A stretch of DNA of 64,000 nucleotides from Lingula anatina. Lineage: Eukaryota > Animalia > Brachiopoda. Below are positions 25,585-40,100 of this stretch, in pieces; positions within the stretch are counted from its first letter, which is position 1; each line of letters starts with the position of its first letter. The notes beneath the pieces are model-generated. The model did not search any database, was not told the origin of the DNA, and worked only from the letters and a program-made list of their open reading frames with translations. The position numbers and the translations under genes are program-made. The stretch covers positions 2,488,954 to 2,552,953 of the forward strand of contig CM120644.1 in NCBI GenBank assembly GCA_051362555.1, written 5' to 3'.

Positions 25585-25613
25585 GGCGCCTAGCCAATCA
25601 GCACGTGAGTAAC
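25585..25613 (+). promoter_or_regulatory. Candidate proximal promoter cluster: GGCGCC, CCAAT box, E-box, AP-1-like site
   Basis: GGCGCC-T-AGCCAATCAG-CACGTG-AGTAA sits about 150 bp upstream of the ATG at 25755, in a CpG-rich stretch. Confidence 0.45.
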
Positions 25614-25754
25614 TGATCTCCCTTCTCCGCGGCCTCTGAAATGAACATCACACAAGGGAGAGGGAGTACTAGCGACAGCGACATTAAGGGGTCGTTTTGT
25701 GAAAGGACGGGGATGTAAAGTCTCACTGCGAGCTCACGAACAGCCAGCATCAAC

Positions 25755-26497
25755 ATGAACGCCTTCCTTCAAGTCTTGCTGGTGCTTCAGAGTTTGACGT
25801 TCAGCGCAATTAGAGGTAAGCACCGGGTATTACTTGTACTACTGCTGCTACTACTACTACTAGCAGACGCATTGGTCCACGGCTTGAAGTCGCTCGCTGG
25901 CGCAGCGGGGATGAATGAACATAAACGCCAATGTGTACATACAGGGCTGGAGAGTGAAAGAGCTTTTCTGCTCGGGTGAACCTTTAACTATTGACTGCAC
26001 GCCCCCGACCATTCAACATTGTAATCGGCTTTATATTCCTTTCTGTTGTTTACTCTAAGCACAAGGGATAGAGAAAAAAGGTGCTCGACTTTCTAACTCT
26101 GTTAGTGTTAAGAGTTCGCGTGGTGAGATTTTATTGCAACAGTTAACGGGGCTTGTACGCCGATCAGAGAAAGCAGTTTGTCTTACTGTGGCTGCTTTCT
26201 CCCGTACCATCTTTTAGTGAAAAACGCTTTAAATAGGTCTATTTCACTGTGTGGAGTAAGAGGGCATTTCTCGTGTGAATTTTATATAAAATAAAAAAGT
26301 GCATTTCATAGTTATCATCCTGTAAATGACTGTGTCGTTTTTAACAGTTGGTATTGTGTGGATCATGTTCAAATTACCATTTTACAGACTTATACTGACT
26401 GATGCAGGCAAAACGCGAGTAGGATGAAAACACTGATAGAGATGGTTTGCACATCAAGTCCCGTACAGCGACCCAGCCCGTCTTAAGCAATAGATCT

Positions 26498-26535
<38 letters not shown>

Positions 26536-29500
26536 GAGTACAGAACCATTTCAAAGTGATGAAATAACTGGTTAAAACCACCAGGTAGTTCCTTTTGTCT
26601 GCTGTTGAACACATATCTGTTTGGAAGCCTTATGGTCTTTTCCAATTCAAACAAAAGTGATGCATGTGCAAACCATCTACACAGCAAGAAAAGGGAGTGA
26701 AATCCCCCTTCCCCTGCCCCCCCCCCCCCTCACCCACTCCCTCCATTAGAAAAATTCCTGGATTTTCCACTTAGGATATTTGTAAATTCAGCACTAAAAG
26801 CTCACATGTGTACCAGCAAGCCCAGAGGTGGTGTAATGCCGCCAGAGCTAGAAATAATTTCCCAATAGATGGCCTAATGGACACTGAAAGGCCTTAATAC
26901 AATTTCGACAGACGTTAATGTGCAGCACCGCCAGACAATAATTGTACTGTCAGTCCCTTCTAGCCGTTAAGGCCGCAAGCTGCTTCTTGGTAGGGGAATT
27001 GCGCTGTCTGGTGTAGTGAGGGTACTGTAGCATGAAATTCATCTTTAGTCAAATAACTGGAAAATTTTGCTGCATCAAGTTCAACAGTCAAAATGGTGAT
27101 AAAGATGCTAAATTTCCCTTTTCTTGAGCCAAATTAAATTATAATTTAGCATTTGACAAACTCTTTTTTAACATGTGAGTGGGAGAATGTGTTCTATTTT
27201 AAAGCCACATTAGTCTTATCATGTTTCAACAAACATTATTTAACCAGAGAAGAAGGCATGCCTGGCACAACTTATAGGCCTCTCTACTCCTGTTTTTTAC
27301 ACCAGATAATCTAGGCAACTTCTACTCAAAACTCCCAAATCTTGATTTTTTTCTTAGTGTTTGAATCATCATCAACAATTCTGTCTCTTAATTGTAATCA
27401 ACCAGGTGCCTGCAAAGCAAATCTCCTTGAAAAAAACCCTGTGCAGATAAGGGCTACAGTCTGATTTAAGACTGCTGACAGAATGAAATTGAAGTAAACA
27501 TAAAACAATTTTGTTGCTATTTATTTGAATACAAGTTTTTTTTTATTTTATTTTATTTTATTTTTGTATTATTACTCTTAATATTTATCTCTTTAAATTT
27601 TCACCAGCTCATTCTGATGTAAAAAAAATATGAATAAAGATCTATAGGCATAATCATGCAGATCATAGAGGAGATTCAAGCCAGTGGATCGAACAGATTT
27701 GGTTCACTCATGCACAGTGTGAATTCAGCTGATTACAACATAATCTCATTGACCACATCATATGGCAGGAAAATCAGGCAACAGCAAGGCCATAATCTGG
27801 CATCACGAATTTCTATTCAAAAGGCAATGGCTACACAGATTAAATCAATTCTCCCTCTGGAAAAAGATGGATGAAATTATCCTCTGGTGACGAGAGATAA
27901 TTTGCTTATCTTGTCTGCGCTGCTAGTACAATAAGGTTGTTTTTTTTTTCAATTCAGTAGCTAGCCCTCCTTACTTTCTTTCACCAAGCAAGTGACAGGC
28001 AGTAAAGTACCATTGCCTTTTGAGTATGTTTCAATGTAGGGTGTTATTAACTTACGCTATCAGGAAAAAAAATGACTTTATCTCGTCTGTTATCTCTTGT
28101 TGATAACAATAAGAACTTGATTGCTATTCTGTTGACAAATATATGGCAGAGAAGATTGCTGAACTTGATAGATAGAGACCTGATGTCTTTTTCTATCATG
28201 CAAATTCATTCCTGCTGCACCAGATTTAATCTTTATATGATCATGTTATGCTGATGGAGATAATTATTACCATGTCATAAGAAACAGATTATGATTTGTG
28301 TATATGTTATGAAAAAAAATTCTCTGAAAACTTTGACATTTTGGAAATAATCCTGTGACTTGAGTCAGCAGATTGACTTTAAGTTCAACATTTTTAACTA
28401 AACTGTGTTTAATATAATCATTATTAACTAAACTGTGTTTAATATCATATGATAACATTGTAAAATACTGTAAACTTGTGTAATTGCTCAAATACTGAAC
28501 AATATATAGCCAATATTTTGTTTGAGTTATGACCAAAAGGTTTTACTTTGTTTTTAGAATGTTCTGCTGTGAAGGTTAAACAGGGCCAGATTATTTTTTC
28601 TTCTTTTTACCTTTATAACTATGAATTTTTTAAGACTGTTTCTATCTGTGGTTTGTTGACGTTCTGACTCGATCAAAAATTCATTGCCATTTGCCTTTGT
28701 AATGCAACTTTTATGGTATTTAAAGAAGACTGAGTAGGATGGCTTTACAAGATTGCCAGCTCCATGCTTTTTCAGGTATTTTTTTAATTTTTAGAATTGA
28801 CTTTTTTGTTTCTATATGTCTGTAAGTAATCAAAAATTAAACATATTTCAAGTACTAAAACTTTGCTACTCCATTTTCCTCAGATGTTCTTAAGTAGCTC
28901 TATTATTGTAAGCTACTCCTATTACCCTAAAGATCAAAATATACCATGAAATAGACCAAAATTTCTTTTTTTTTCGTTTATCTTACCCAAATTATAATTA
29001 TTTTTAGTTTCTTAGGCACAGTGGTTTTTGAAATTAGTAATACAAGACACGAAATGTGAAAAGATAAGTGGTAGAGTCTTGTAATACAAGAGCCTCAACA
29101 GGAAAATGATGTCAATTAAAATGTACCTTGATCGTGATGTGTAAACAAGCTTTGCTCCACTGTAATACTAGATATATGGCGTTGTAAAAGGACGCCTTTC
29201 AGAGGACAGTAACACAAGACGCAAGATAATTAGAAAAGGTTGCAGTTAAAAGGTATGTTCACCTTGTCAGTAGAAAAGAGCTGGCATTTGATGGCACAGT
29301 TAATGCAAGCAAAAAGCTCTAAAGTAATAACCGACCTTAAAGAGATACATTTATTGTTAAGGTGTGTTTTTAAAAGCCAAAATGTTTACAGTACAATCAA
29401 AGCAACAAATAAAATATTTTTACGAGTAAGTTTATTCAAAACAAAGTAGCTTTCTGAACACTTCACTTAATACTCAGAATAAATGTAATATCAAGTTGTT

Positions 29501-31410
29501 TAGCTTGTAATTAACAATTATACACTGTAACTTAAGTTTTAAACAGGTACAGAATACTTCAAAAGCAGTCAATTTGTCTGCAATAATGAATTCAAAGTCA
29601 AAGTTAGAATTGAATATATTATGATTTTTATTGGTTCAAAGATTCAGGGAAGAAGTGACATTTGTTGAGCAAGTCTTTCTCTGGATGGCCTATAGTGGCT
29701 ATTCTGCCTGAAAAAAAAACATATAGAATACTTCTAAAAAATGGTACAGTAGCAATATTGGCAATGCTGAACATATACATGTGTAAGCACAGGACTGCTG
29801 GGCAGGTAGTAATTATACAGAAGTCAAGGTGCTCCAGAGGTCCTATAATCCTCACTGGCTCAGCATGTTGTGTTGACAGAGCCACGAGCCCATGAAGTAC
29901 ACAGACTTTGCAGCTGGGTTTACACTGGACAATGTGGTGCTACTCTATTACCTACTAGGACCGGATATTTTTTCAGCTACCTTTTTTTGAGACGTGGGGA
30001 AATTTTTGAGGCACTGGCAATCTGAAAGACCTGCACTGCAAGAAATCTGCATGTTCATCTAATAGTCTGAAAAAGAAAAACTTATTACATATTATTTCCA
30101 CTTGCCTAGTATGACTCTACTGACCTAAAACAAAAACAGAGACCAGAAAATGACCAAATTTACCAAAACTGACCGACCAGGCTACAGTTGTGCTGGCCCC
30201 TGGCATGGGGCCATTGTTAACACTTGAGACTGCAACAATTTAGTATTTTTGTAGCATTTAGCCTAAATAGAGCAACTTTATCTTCTTGTATTAACAAAAG
30301 CTGATACACCAGAATGATGTATCTTTCAATAGAAATGGGACTGTTGTGCTGAGCAAGCCTCATTCAGAGATTAACTCCCATGAGCTGTACCCAGGAGCAT
30401 GTGCCAATCATTTGTAAGATATAAACACTGTAGTTATGTTTTAAAGTTCTGTTATAAGGAAAACAAAAATGTTTTATTTGTTTTTACTCTTTTCTAAACT
30501 TTCGTAAACCAGAACCTGCTTTTAGAGAAAAATTTCATCAGCTGTGTTCTGTTGTTATAAGAATGAAGAAATTTTTCTTCTGTCAACAGCTTAATATATT
30601 GAAATAGTTTTTACCTCCAATATTTCTCCTGGATAGAGGCTATTCACCTGGATAGTCTCATTCCCTGATGTTCTGCTAGACATCAAAATATTGGAGGCAA
30701 AAACTATTTCAATATTAAACTGTTGACAGAAGAAAAATAACTTCATTCTTAGAACCTATTTGTACAGAGTGTAAACCAGACTCGGATCCACTTTCAAATT
30801 GGCCCCTGTATAAACCCCACTGGGCCAATTAGAGCAATCAGAATTCAGAAAAGAATGTGTTTTCCACAGCAGAAGGTGGAATTAAACCCCTCCCAGCCAA
30901 CTCCCATATACTTCCCAGTTCTGAGCACACACAATGGGGGCCCCACCACACTATTCATAGAGCTGACCCAGGGAAAAATGACTTCTTTGTATATTTGTTT
31001 AAAGGGGCTTTTTTTTCATAGGTTCAGCTTCAGTACTAAGCCTCTCCGTGGCTTTAGTAGCTCCTGCCATCATTCTTTTTAGTTGCTGACTGTCAGTTGT
31101 CAGTTAAATGGCCAATACCTGCTCTTTGAAAAGTGCAGGCAGAATTATATAGGTGATGCTTAATTTATGTGGGCCCAGCTGTCACTTTGTCGACTACACC
31201 AGCCTTTTTTTATCAAATATTTTAATGCCCCTATATTATGATGATTAGGTATTTTGACTTGGTTAAAAGATAGTGGTGTATTTAAATAAGTGGATACAGT
31301 TGTGGTTTTTTTCTTTCAAAAATTTTAAAATCAGTTGTAAAAACATGATAAGTGTAACTTAGTGTAATATAGAATCTAAATAGTCTTCTTAATCCCATCC
31401 TTTCTGCCTG

Positions 31411-31475
<65 letters not shown>

Positions 31476-34400
31476 TCATGCACACACACACACTTTTATG
31501 CTCATATGCACCCCCCCCCCCCCACACACACACACACACTTTGTCAACTCCCCTTTCTCTTTCTTTTTCTCACACAGGCATACTCCAGTACACAATGTCA
31601 CATTAATGCACCAACACTCACTACACATACTCTCTCTCTTTCCATATTATTCATCAGCATCCCTCTCTTTGCTCTAAGCCTCCCTGCTGCCTCATTGATT
31701 TTACTCTCCAATGTATCAGGTTGTGGTGCAATCTGCATTCAGGAGACTTGCTGGCTAATCCCTCAGAGCTCCATTGTTTCAGAAGTAGTCTAGTCTAGCC
31801 TAATGAGCCTCTAGAGTCTCAGACAGCAAACACGGACAAGCCCACTGCACTATCAAATGTACTAGAGATGGGGAGACTTATTAGTAAGCAGACTCTTAAC
31901 TCCTGTTCAAAGGCAGACATGATTAGTGGACTTGAGAGGTGTTTCCAGTGGTAATGTGACCACTTAACATAGCATTATCTGTTGTGCTATTTCACTGTTA
32001 ACTTCTCTTGGCCATTCCCACTCTTTCTCTCTACTCCCTCCAGTTCTCTAACCCTCTATTTCTCTCTCTCTCCCTCTTACACACACACACACACACACAC
32101 GCACACACACACACACATATGCACACACATACACATACAAACATACACCCAACACAAGCATCATATGCATGCATACAAACACACACACACAGTTACACCA
32201 AGCTTGTAATGAAACAGCCCATTGAGGTGGTTGGTATTGAGATAGACAGACCTAGCCTGACTAAAAACACGTCTTAAGTTTCATATCTCCTCTGTAATTT
32301 CCACTTAGCTGTCTCTTTAGCAGTACATGGGTTATGCATTGTCACAGTGTTTTGCAAATTGCCAACCCAAGGCTTGATTGTAGTCCATATAGTCATTATA
32401 CACCACCAGGGCACATAGACATTTGAGGGATATTTGTGTGGTTGATTTTTAGCAACAGATATGAATACATAAAAGTAATAATATATAAAAACAATAAGGT
32501 TTCCAAACTGCCTTGAAAGGCATGTTCATATGTATAATATTATGTGCAAAATCATGTTTTCTTATACTTTTTCTACTGATAGAATGCTTTGCAGAAAGGT
32601 GTATAGAGACAGAGAAGAAAGATATTTGAGAAATAGCAGTGGCGACTTTCATACACTTTCCAGGCATTATCTAAAACAGTGGAGTGCGCATGCATGGAAA
32701 TAAACATGCATGTCCTTAGTACCAATGAAAATACTGATTTAGGGGCATGTCCACAGTGGTTGGGGCCCTGGAAGAAGTATGCTTACTGTTTATCCCAAAT
32801 GTTTACCAACCAAACCAGTGTTATACATGTTTGGGGCATTCTTTTCAGTGTTGAGGACCATGTTATCAGGATAATGACAGGAGAAAGTAGAGTCATGATG
32901 ACTTTTGAGATATCCCATGTTGTCAAGGGGCTGCCACACCTGTCAAATACCAGGGACATTCTTCACTTACCTGTTGAACTCATTTGAGACTAAGACTGAG
33001 TTCCCATGCCTATATCAATCCATGTGGATTGGTGTGACTCCCTGGGGAGTCTCACTAAATTGCTGTCAGCTTAACAAACTTAAATGTCTGTCATGCCTAC
33101 CAAATCAGCTAGGGGTAAATTAAGATAATTACCCCCTAACAGCTTTACTAGGCATGACAGACATTTAAGCTGGTTAGGTTGATAGCAATTTAGTGAGACT
33201 CCCCAGGGAGATAGATTGATCCAAATATATGTGGAAATGGTCCCCAAATCCTCTCAATTTTGAGAATTCCATGGTGTTCTTGTTGCTGCCAGAAGCTGAC
33301 CCTGAGTTTAGTATATTGAGAGATGAGAGAGAGATATTCTCTCCTAATTCAAATTTTTGAGAAATATTCCTTGTTTCTTATCATGATGTTTCCCCACCCT
33401 CCACCCCTTTTTGCACTTTAATAGGCCCTACTACTAGTATTTAAAGAACAAATTTAATTCTTTAATATAAATGTACAAGGAGAGCTGTAGAGAAGTATAT
33501 GAAATTGATGGTGAAATGGAAATTCTGGATAAAATGTTTTTCTGAAGACAGTCATTAATAGGTTCATTTAAAAAGAAATAAAAAGGCTATAATTCTTGCT
33601 AGGGAATTCATCACAGTTTTTAAGTGGAGTTTTGTGTGCTTTGACCATGGCAAAAGCACTCACTGAAATTTCAGATTAAGCCAACTGATTTACCGATTCA
33701 TCTCAGACAACATCAGCTCATTTTCTTATTTGATAGGCTCTAGTTTATATTTTTCATTTCATTTTCTTTGGTACAAGGCATAATAGTATCATTTACTGTC
33801 TTTAGGAGTAATTCTGGAGTGATAGATTGAACTTGGGCATACAGCTAGATATTATGGGCAGCTCTGCTAGGGGACTCGTAAGGGGGATATGCTTCAGGAA
33901 AATAATGACACATCGAAGATAACATCATTTTTTTTTTCTTAAAACCACATCTGAGTGTCACCCAGGACATAGGGGAGGAGAGGAGATCCATCCGTGTAGG
34001 AGGTGAAATATGCACTGAAGATTGTATCAGCATAGTGTCTGCTTTTTTTAAGGAAAAGGGGTGAAAGGTCATGCCAAATTGATAAGATGGTTAACTGGCA
34101 AGACGACCCTTATTTGGAATAAAGCAGTGGGTTTTGTTAACGAATGGAAAAACATGGATTCTGCATTAGTTTGGATAGTTGAAAAATTCTTAAATGACCA
34201 GAGGAAAAACATAAATACTTTTGTTTTTATATTCAGGAATAACCCAAAACAACTTCAAAATTTAGCTGGTATGCCAATTTAATATCATACAGTATGTTTA
34301 AAAAAATTGTCTACCAAGTTGACCAAGCCTGTTTTCAGAGATCTTCCTCTTGTTAACCAACTTACCAATTTTTTTCTGGCCTAAAAATATTTATCTGCTT

Positions 34401-37122
34401 TTGAGGATAATAGAAAAAGACAGTTTTTCCTGAAAGTAATAGAATATTGTTGATAACAGATAACATCAAGTTGTTATCTTTTTTACGGGGGAAATGTGGT
34501 TTGTGACTTTTTTGACGTGCACACAGTATCAGTCTTTTGGGTCAACCGACTGTTTACCTAACAGAAATGGAATTTGAGATTAAGCAGATTATGTATTATT
34601 TTATGGAAATATAGGTTGAAAGGTAATTTATTAGCATAAAAATTAACTCTGTGTGCAAAATGTGGTAAGAAAGGGTCAAGCCCATCCAGGAATATGATAA
34701 TGGGTTTAGATAAGAGGAAATTGCCAGATCTGATGCCAGGGACCTCACCCTATAAACTGACCCTACTTGAGAAAGGGCATTAAGTTAATTAAACTTAAAT
34801 CAATTGTTCATTCAGAGTGAATTTTCCCCCTGCTCAAATTGGGCAGTTCTTTTGTATCCCCCCCTCTCCCTCACCAACCCCCCCTCCCCCCCTTGCCTAC
34901 TGGACTGAAGTAAACATCCCCTTTTACTCTGCTGAAATTATTAGAATGAATCCTTTCCCCTAAGTCTGTTTATAATGCATCACAAAATAACCAAGTTAAA
35001 ATCACCAGAGATTAAGATATCTTAGAGTTTATTGTACTTTCTATAGTTCTATCAGAGAACCCATTCCCATAGATTTTAGATCGATCTATCCCTGTGGGGA
35101 GTTTCACTAGATTATTGTCAGCTTAGCCGGCTTAAGCGTCTGTCCTGCCTACTAAAAGCTGTAAGGGGGTAATTAACTATGGTACGTGCTCCGCTGACTG
35201 CAATTTAGCGTGAACCCCCAGGGAGTTACCGGTAGGTCGATCTAAATATAAATCTCTGGATCGATCTAAATCTCTGGGAATGCACCCAGAGAAAGAGAGA
35301 GAGAGAGAGTTAAAACGTGTCTGTATGTAGCTTATGTCGAGTGCAATTTGAGATTTAGGTTTAGAAATGCTGGAGAAAATATGGGACTCCAATGCTTCTC
35401 ATAAAATAAGAAGACTTAGTTTGTTGTGTTTTGTTTTTTCATGTCAAGTAATAAAACCAGCACAACTGCAGTCTATGTCCACACTTTAAAAAGATGAACT
35501 ACTCATGAAGATAACCAAAACTTTTAAAGTAACTGACACATTTAAGACATTTCTCAGGCAAAGATAGAATATCACTTTAAACTGACACCCTTTTCTGCCC
35601 AAAAAAAGTGCCTACGCCTGAAGGAGGCTCCCATTTCAGGTAGACTTGACACAGTGAAGGGAGGTTATAAAAGAAGCGGAGCACGAGTCAGCATAAAAGC
35701 ACTCATCTAATATTTACGGAGCAATACAGCAACAAGAAATTGCCATATTACATTACCATTATGGTGAGTTTGCTGTATTGACAAGTTGCGTTAAATTATA
35801 ACCTCTTTTGTGGTCTGGTAAATGCAGGGGCCTATGGTGTGTGTACTGCTTTGTGGGACTTCCAGTCTGTTTTGTTTAGTTCCTGACTCTCTCTCCTTCT
35901 CTCTCCCTCTCTCTCTCTCTCTCTCTTTCTCTCATTAGTGAATATAAAAAGGACATTGCAAATCAAAAGTAAAAACAGAAATGGATTTAAACCCCTCTTC
36001 CATCTCTTTCCCTCTCTCTGTCATTGGTGAATTTATAAAGGCCTAAGTGAAAGAAAAGAGGAAATGGATGAACCCCTCCTCTCTTCTCTCTCTTTCTCTC
36101 TCTCTCTCTCTGCTGTTGTGCTAATAAAAATTCATATAGATAGACTTATATGAGAGCAGGAATCTTGGACATTTACAAGTACCACCATTTCTCTAAGATT
36201 CTGAGTAGTGTCCCCTGTCATGTTATAATATCATGAAAAGGGCCAGGGTGCAGGGGGGGGGGGAGGTTGAGGCCCTCTTCTGGGTCTTCTAGAAGACGGT
36301 CAGATTTTCAAGTTTACATTGATGGGTATGTAATTTTTTTCTGTTGGAAGACTCAGAAAACTGTCAAAAATATCTCTGGATCCGCCCCTGAGGGGGGGGG
36401 GGAGAGGTCAGGATAAGTGAAGTTTCCCTGCATTTATTCTCAACGAGAGCAAACAAAAGTAAAGGCAAATAATAATAGTTCTAATTCTAAAAATAATAAT
36501 AATAATAGTAAAGCTACATTAAGCCAGTTTGCTTTTTACCACAGTGAAAGACTTAAAACTAGAACGTACAGGTCCATAAAATGTGAGTCATTTGTGAATG
36601 GGGCATGACTTTGAATTAAAAGTTTGTCCCTTCAGAAGTACAGTTTCTAGAGCCGAAAGAAGTGAATAATTGTAGCATTAATTCAACTAGACAGGTACAT
36701 TAAATTGGGGTCTTATTAGGAAAAAACAGTATCACAGGTGCTTCACGGCGGCCACCTGGGCCTCAAGTAAATGCAATTTTTGTTGGAAGACATCATTATT
36801 TATTTCGGGGAAATGAACTTTCTTTTTATTTGATAGAGTTAAGATGGATGACTGTGGTTATCGCAAATGTGTTGAGGGTTTAGGGAAGTTTGGGGCCTTT
36901 TGCTTGATTTAGTCGTTGTTGTTATTGTTGACTGTAGTATAGTAGTAGAAGTTGTTGTTGTTGTTATTTAGAGCATTAATTTATTAAATTTGTTTTTCTC
37001 TCACACAAAGTCAACCAAGTGTACTGACACACACATACCCTTTTCTCTTTCTCACACACACATACATACACATACACACACACACTCTCTCTCTCTCACA
37101 CACATACAAACACACACCTCTT

Positions 37123-37155
<33 letters not shown>

Positions 37156-40100
37156 CTCTCTCTCTCTCTGCTCTCGCCAATACAAGATACAAAAACATTT
37201 CTTCTCTTCCAAATGCTTTAACAGACTTACTCATCAAACATGCCCCAAAATTCATCCTCCATACCCTCCTCGCTCCCTCCTTGACCAGGGACAAAAATAT
37301 CAATTTGCTTCATAGATAGATGGATAGATAAAAGTCAGCAAAATAAAACATATCAAAGGGATAAACACAAAAACATGCAGGTGACAAGCTAGACAAAGTC
37401 ATCATTTTGATAATAAATTACTGCCTTTATAGTCTACTACACATGATAATATTAAAAAACAAGGCAAGGATGCTAGCAAAACAATATCACTACACATGTA
37501 ATACTGGTATAACAAATATGGTCGATGGTTTGACAGATGTAATTTGTGACTGGAATTAGTTAAATGAAGTGGATTAATTATCCTCAAGGGAACAATTTCT
37601 ATTTGCTCCTTAGACCTACCAGGGCCCAATTAACAACCCAGGTGAAGCATTGCTGTTAAAGAGACAGGCGACATATGGCTTCAGCATTGATTCAGTGAAT
37701 TTGAACAAAGGATGAAAATCATGAAAAAAAAATGTTTGGAGTTAGAACAAAGAAATTGGCCTGCCTTTATGTCATGTCATGTAAGGGGAAAACTAATTCC
37801 CCATAGACGAGAAATAATGAAAATGGGAGAATCAGATTCTAGTGTTTTAATTGTGCGTCTCTTATCACCCATTTGCTGATGCGTTATTGTACTCTATGGC
37901 TTTTTCATGTTCGATGAAATGTACTTGTAATGCAATATATGAGTGAGGGATGTCAGTCATTTCCCACTAAGTGATATTTTTAATCCCATACTTGAACTCT
38001 GTTTGATGATGTTTACAACGGATCTATTAGGCTATCTATATATAGTGCCAAGGTTTTTTTTTCCATTGCTCTTAGTTTTATTTTAGACTAACATCTTTAG
38101 TTTCAGACATGGCTGGAAATAAAGATTCATTACACCTATGTGCTTGTCACTGGAAATAGGCTTGCTCATAATGTGTGTGAGTTTCTAGTAATTCGTAGTC
38201 TTCATACACGTACGGTTATTATAATTTATCAAATTCAGTTCAATCATTATAATATTATTATTTAGTAAGTTCAGTCCCTGCACTGGTATATACATTTATG
38301 CCTTTACCTATTGTCATAAATGTTATCAAACTGACACACAACACATTATTCAAAGATAGATTTCCTTTTATAAACAAGGTAGCTATTAGAAGATAAACAA
38401 TTAGTTAGATTGGTATTGAAAACAATAATAGCAATTATGGTCATTGTTATTATAATTGTTATTATTCATCTAAATTCACTTCATTTTTGAATAGATATGT
38501 CTTCAGTGAAGTCATAGATGTGTACATCCCATCTCAGCAGGCAATCTGATTAAGGTTAGCTCTCCATTGGAAACCAATCTAATCTCTCTGCTGCCCCACC
38601 CACCACAATTTAAAGCAGTTTTGTTATTGTCTCATCACTTTTAACTGTTTCAAATGTCATATTTTCAAAGTACACATTGGAGCTAGCAGGATATGTCTTA
38701 TGATTCTAACATGGTGTTTGGACATGACAGCTCATATATAGTTAGGTACTGATTTGTTTTCTAAGCAGTGGTCAAACTGAGGCAGTTAGGCCCATGAAAG
38801 TGTATAGCATATGGAGGACAAAGTGATGAAAAAAAATAGTGATTTGGCTAAGTGAAAACAATTGCTAGTGCTACCCCAGTATAGTATTTTAAATAAATGC
38901 TGCAGAAAATGTCTTTTAATTATTCCAGTCTAACTTTGTCATTCAAACAATGACAACGTATACCAGTTTGTCTTTTCTTCTGACAAATCTTATTTGTTTT
39001 TCAACATTTGACAGCATTAACCTCTGATGCATAATGTTAAGATGTTTTTATTTACTGACTTCTAATGACAAAGGGGTAGGGTGGAGGGGAGCAGACATGC
39101 TGAAACTATCGGTCCGATTGGTCATGACCAGGAAAATTTGTCTGGACTGGTAGAAAATTGAATTTGGTTGGTCCAAAGAACCGACAAGAGTTTTAAGAAC
39201 CACAATTTTGAATATACAGTCATCATTCGACATACCTCACTAATAAAATTATATGAAACCCAAAGAGTTTTTTCCCTTCCATTTCATAACTATCACATTC
39301 ACAAACAAAGTAAGCTACCTAATTGTACTGGTAGTATCTGTCTCAAACGAACAGAGTGATTTTCGATCCGAGAAAAATCCATTCGGTCTACCAAATTTTT
39401 CATTACAGCCCGTCCAAATGTCCAGCCATTCTGAAAAGTTTTCAGCATGTCTGGGGGAGGAAGGACGGAAACCCTTCACAACTCTTAAAAGGGCATGAAC
39501 TATGAGACACATTGCCTCCTTATTTCCTCCTCTCCCCCCCCCCCTCCACCACCCCACCACCCCAAAAAATGTCCTTGTATGCAAATAGTAGGATGAGACA
39601 AAACAGGATTATTTTCATCCTCATCCTGTATTCCAAACCTCGGATTTCTAGGACAAAACTGGTATCTCCCAACACCTCATAGTACAGATACTGGTATAAT
39701 GGCAAAGGTATGCTGTTAGTAGAGAGATGAAGAGAGATGAGTTTTTTTTTATGTTCTCTGATACTCAGCCCCCCCCCCTTCCCCTCTTCCTTGCCCTAAT
39801 ACCATACAATAACATAGTGAAATCTTGGCTGTATGATTATCCTGAATTGCATGTAAAACAATATCTCTGGATCGACCTGGGCACATGGAGAGAGCCGCTT
39901 TAAAATAACACTGAGAATATTCCTGCTTGGAGGTCAGAAATATGACTCAGGTCTTGCCTTGTACTTGCTGTGGCATTCTCATCAGATTGAAGTCAACCAT
40001 TGAAACAAATGGCAGCTGAAATGTTATAGATTTGGAGAATGCTGGCAATTTTTCTTTCTTTTTTTTTTTTTTTTTTTTTTTTTTTGTAGAGCAGAGACCT

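Noticed and set aside
31282-37319. His/Thr-, Ser/Leu- and Arg/Glu-rich ORFs
   Set aside because: Translations of (CA)n and (CT)n microsatellites.
37461-37485. miR-31-like AGGCAAGGATGCTAGCA
   Set aside because: Mismatched to the mature sequence, with no clear precursor hairpin.
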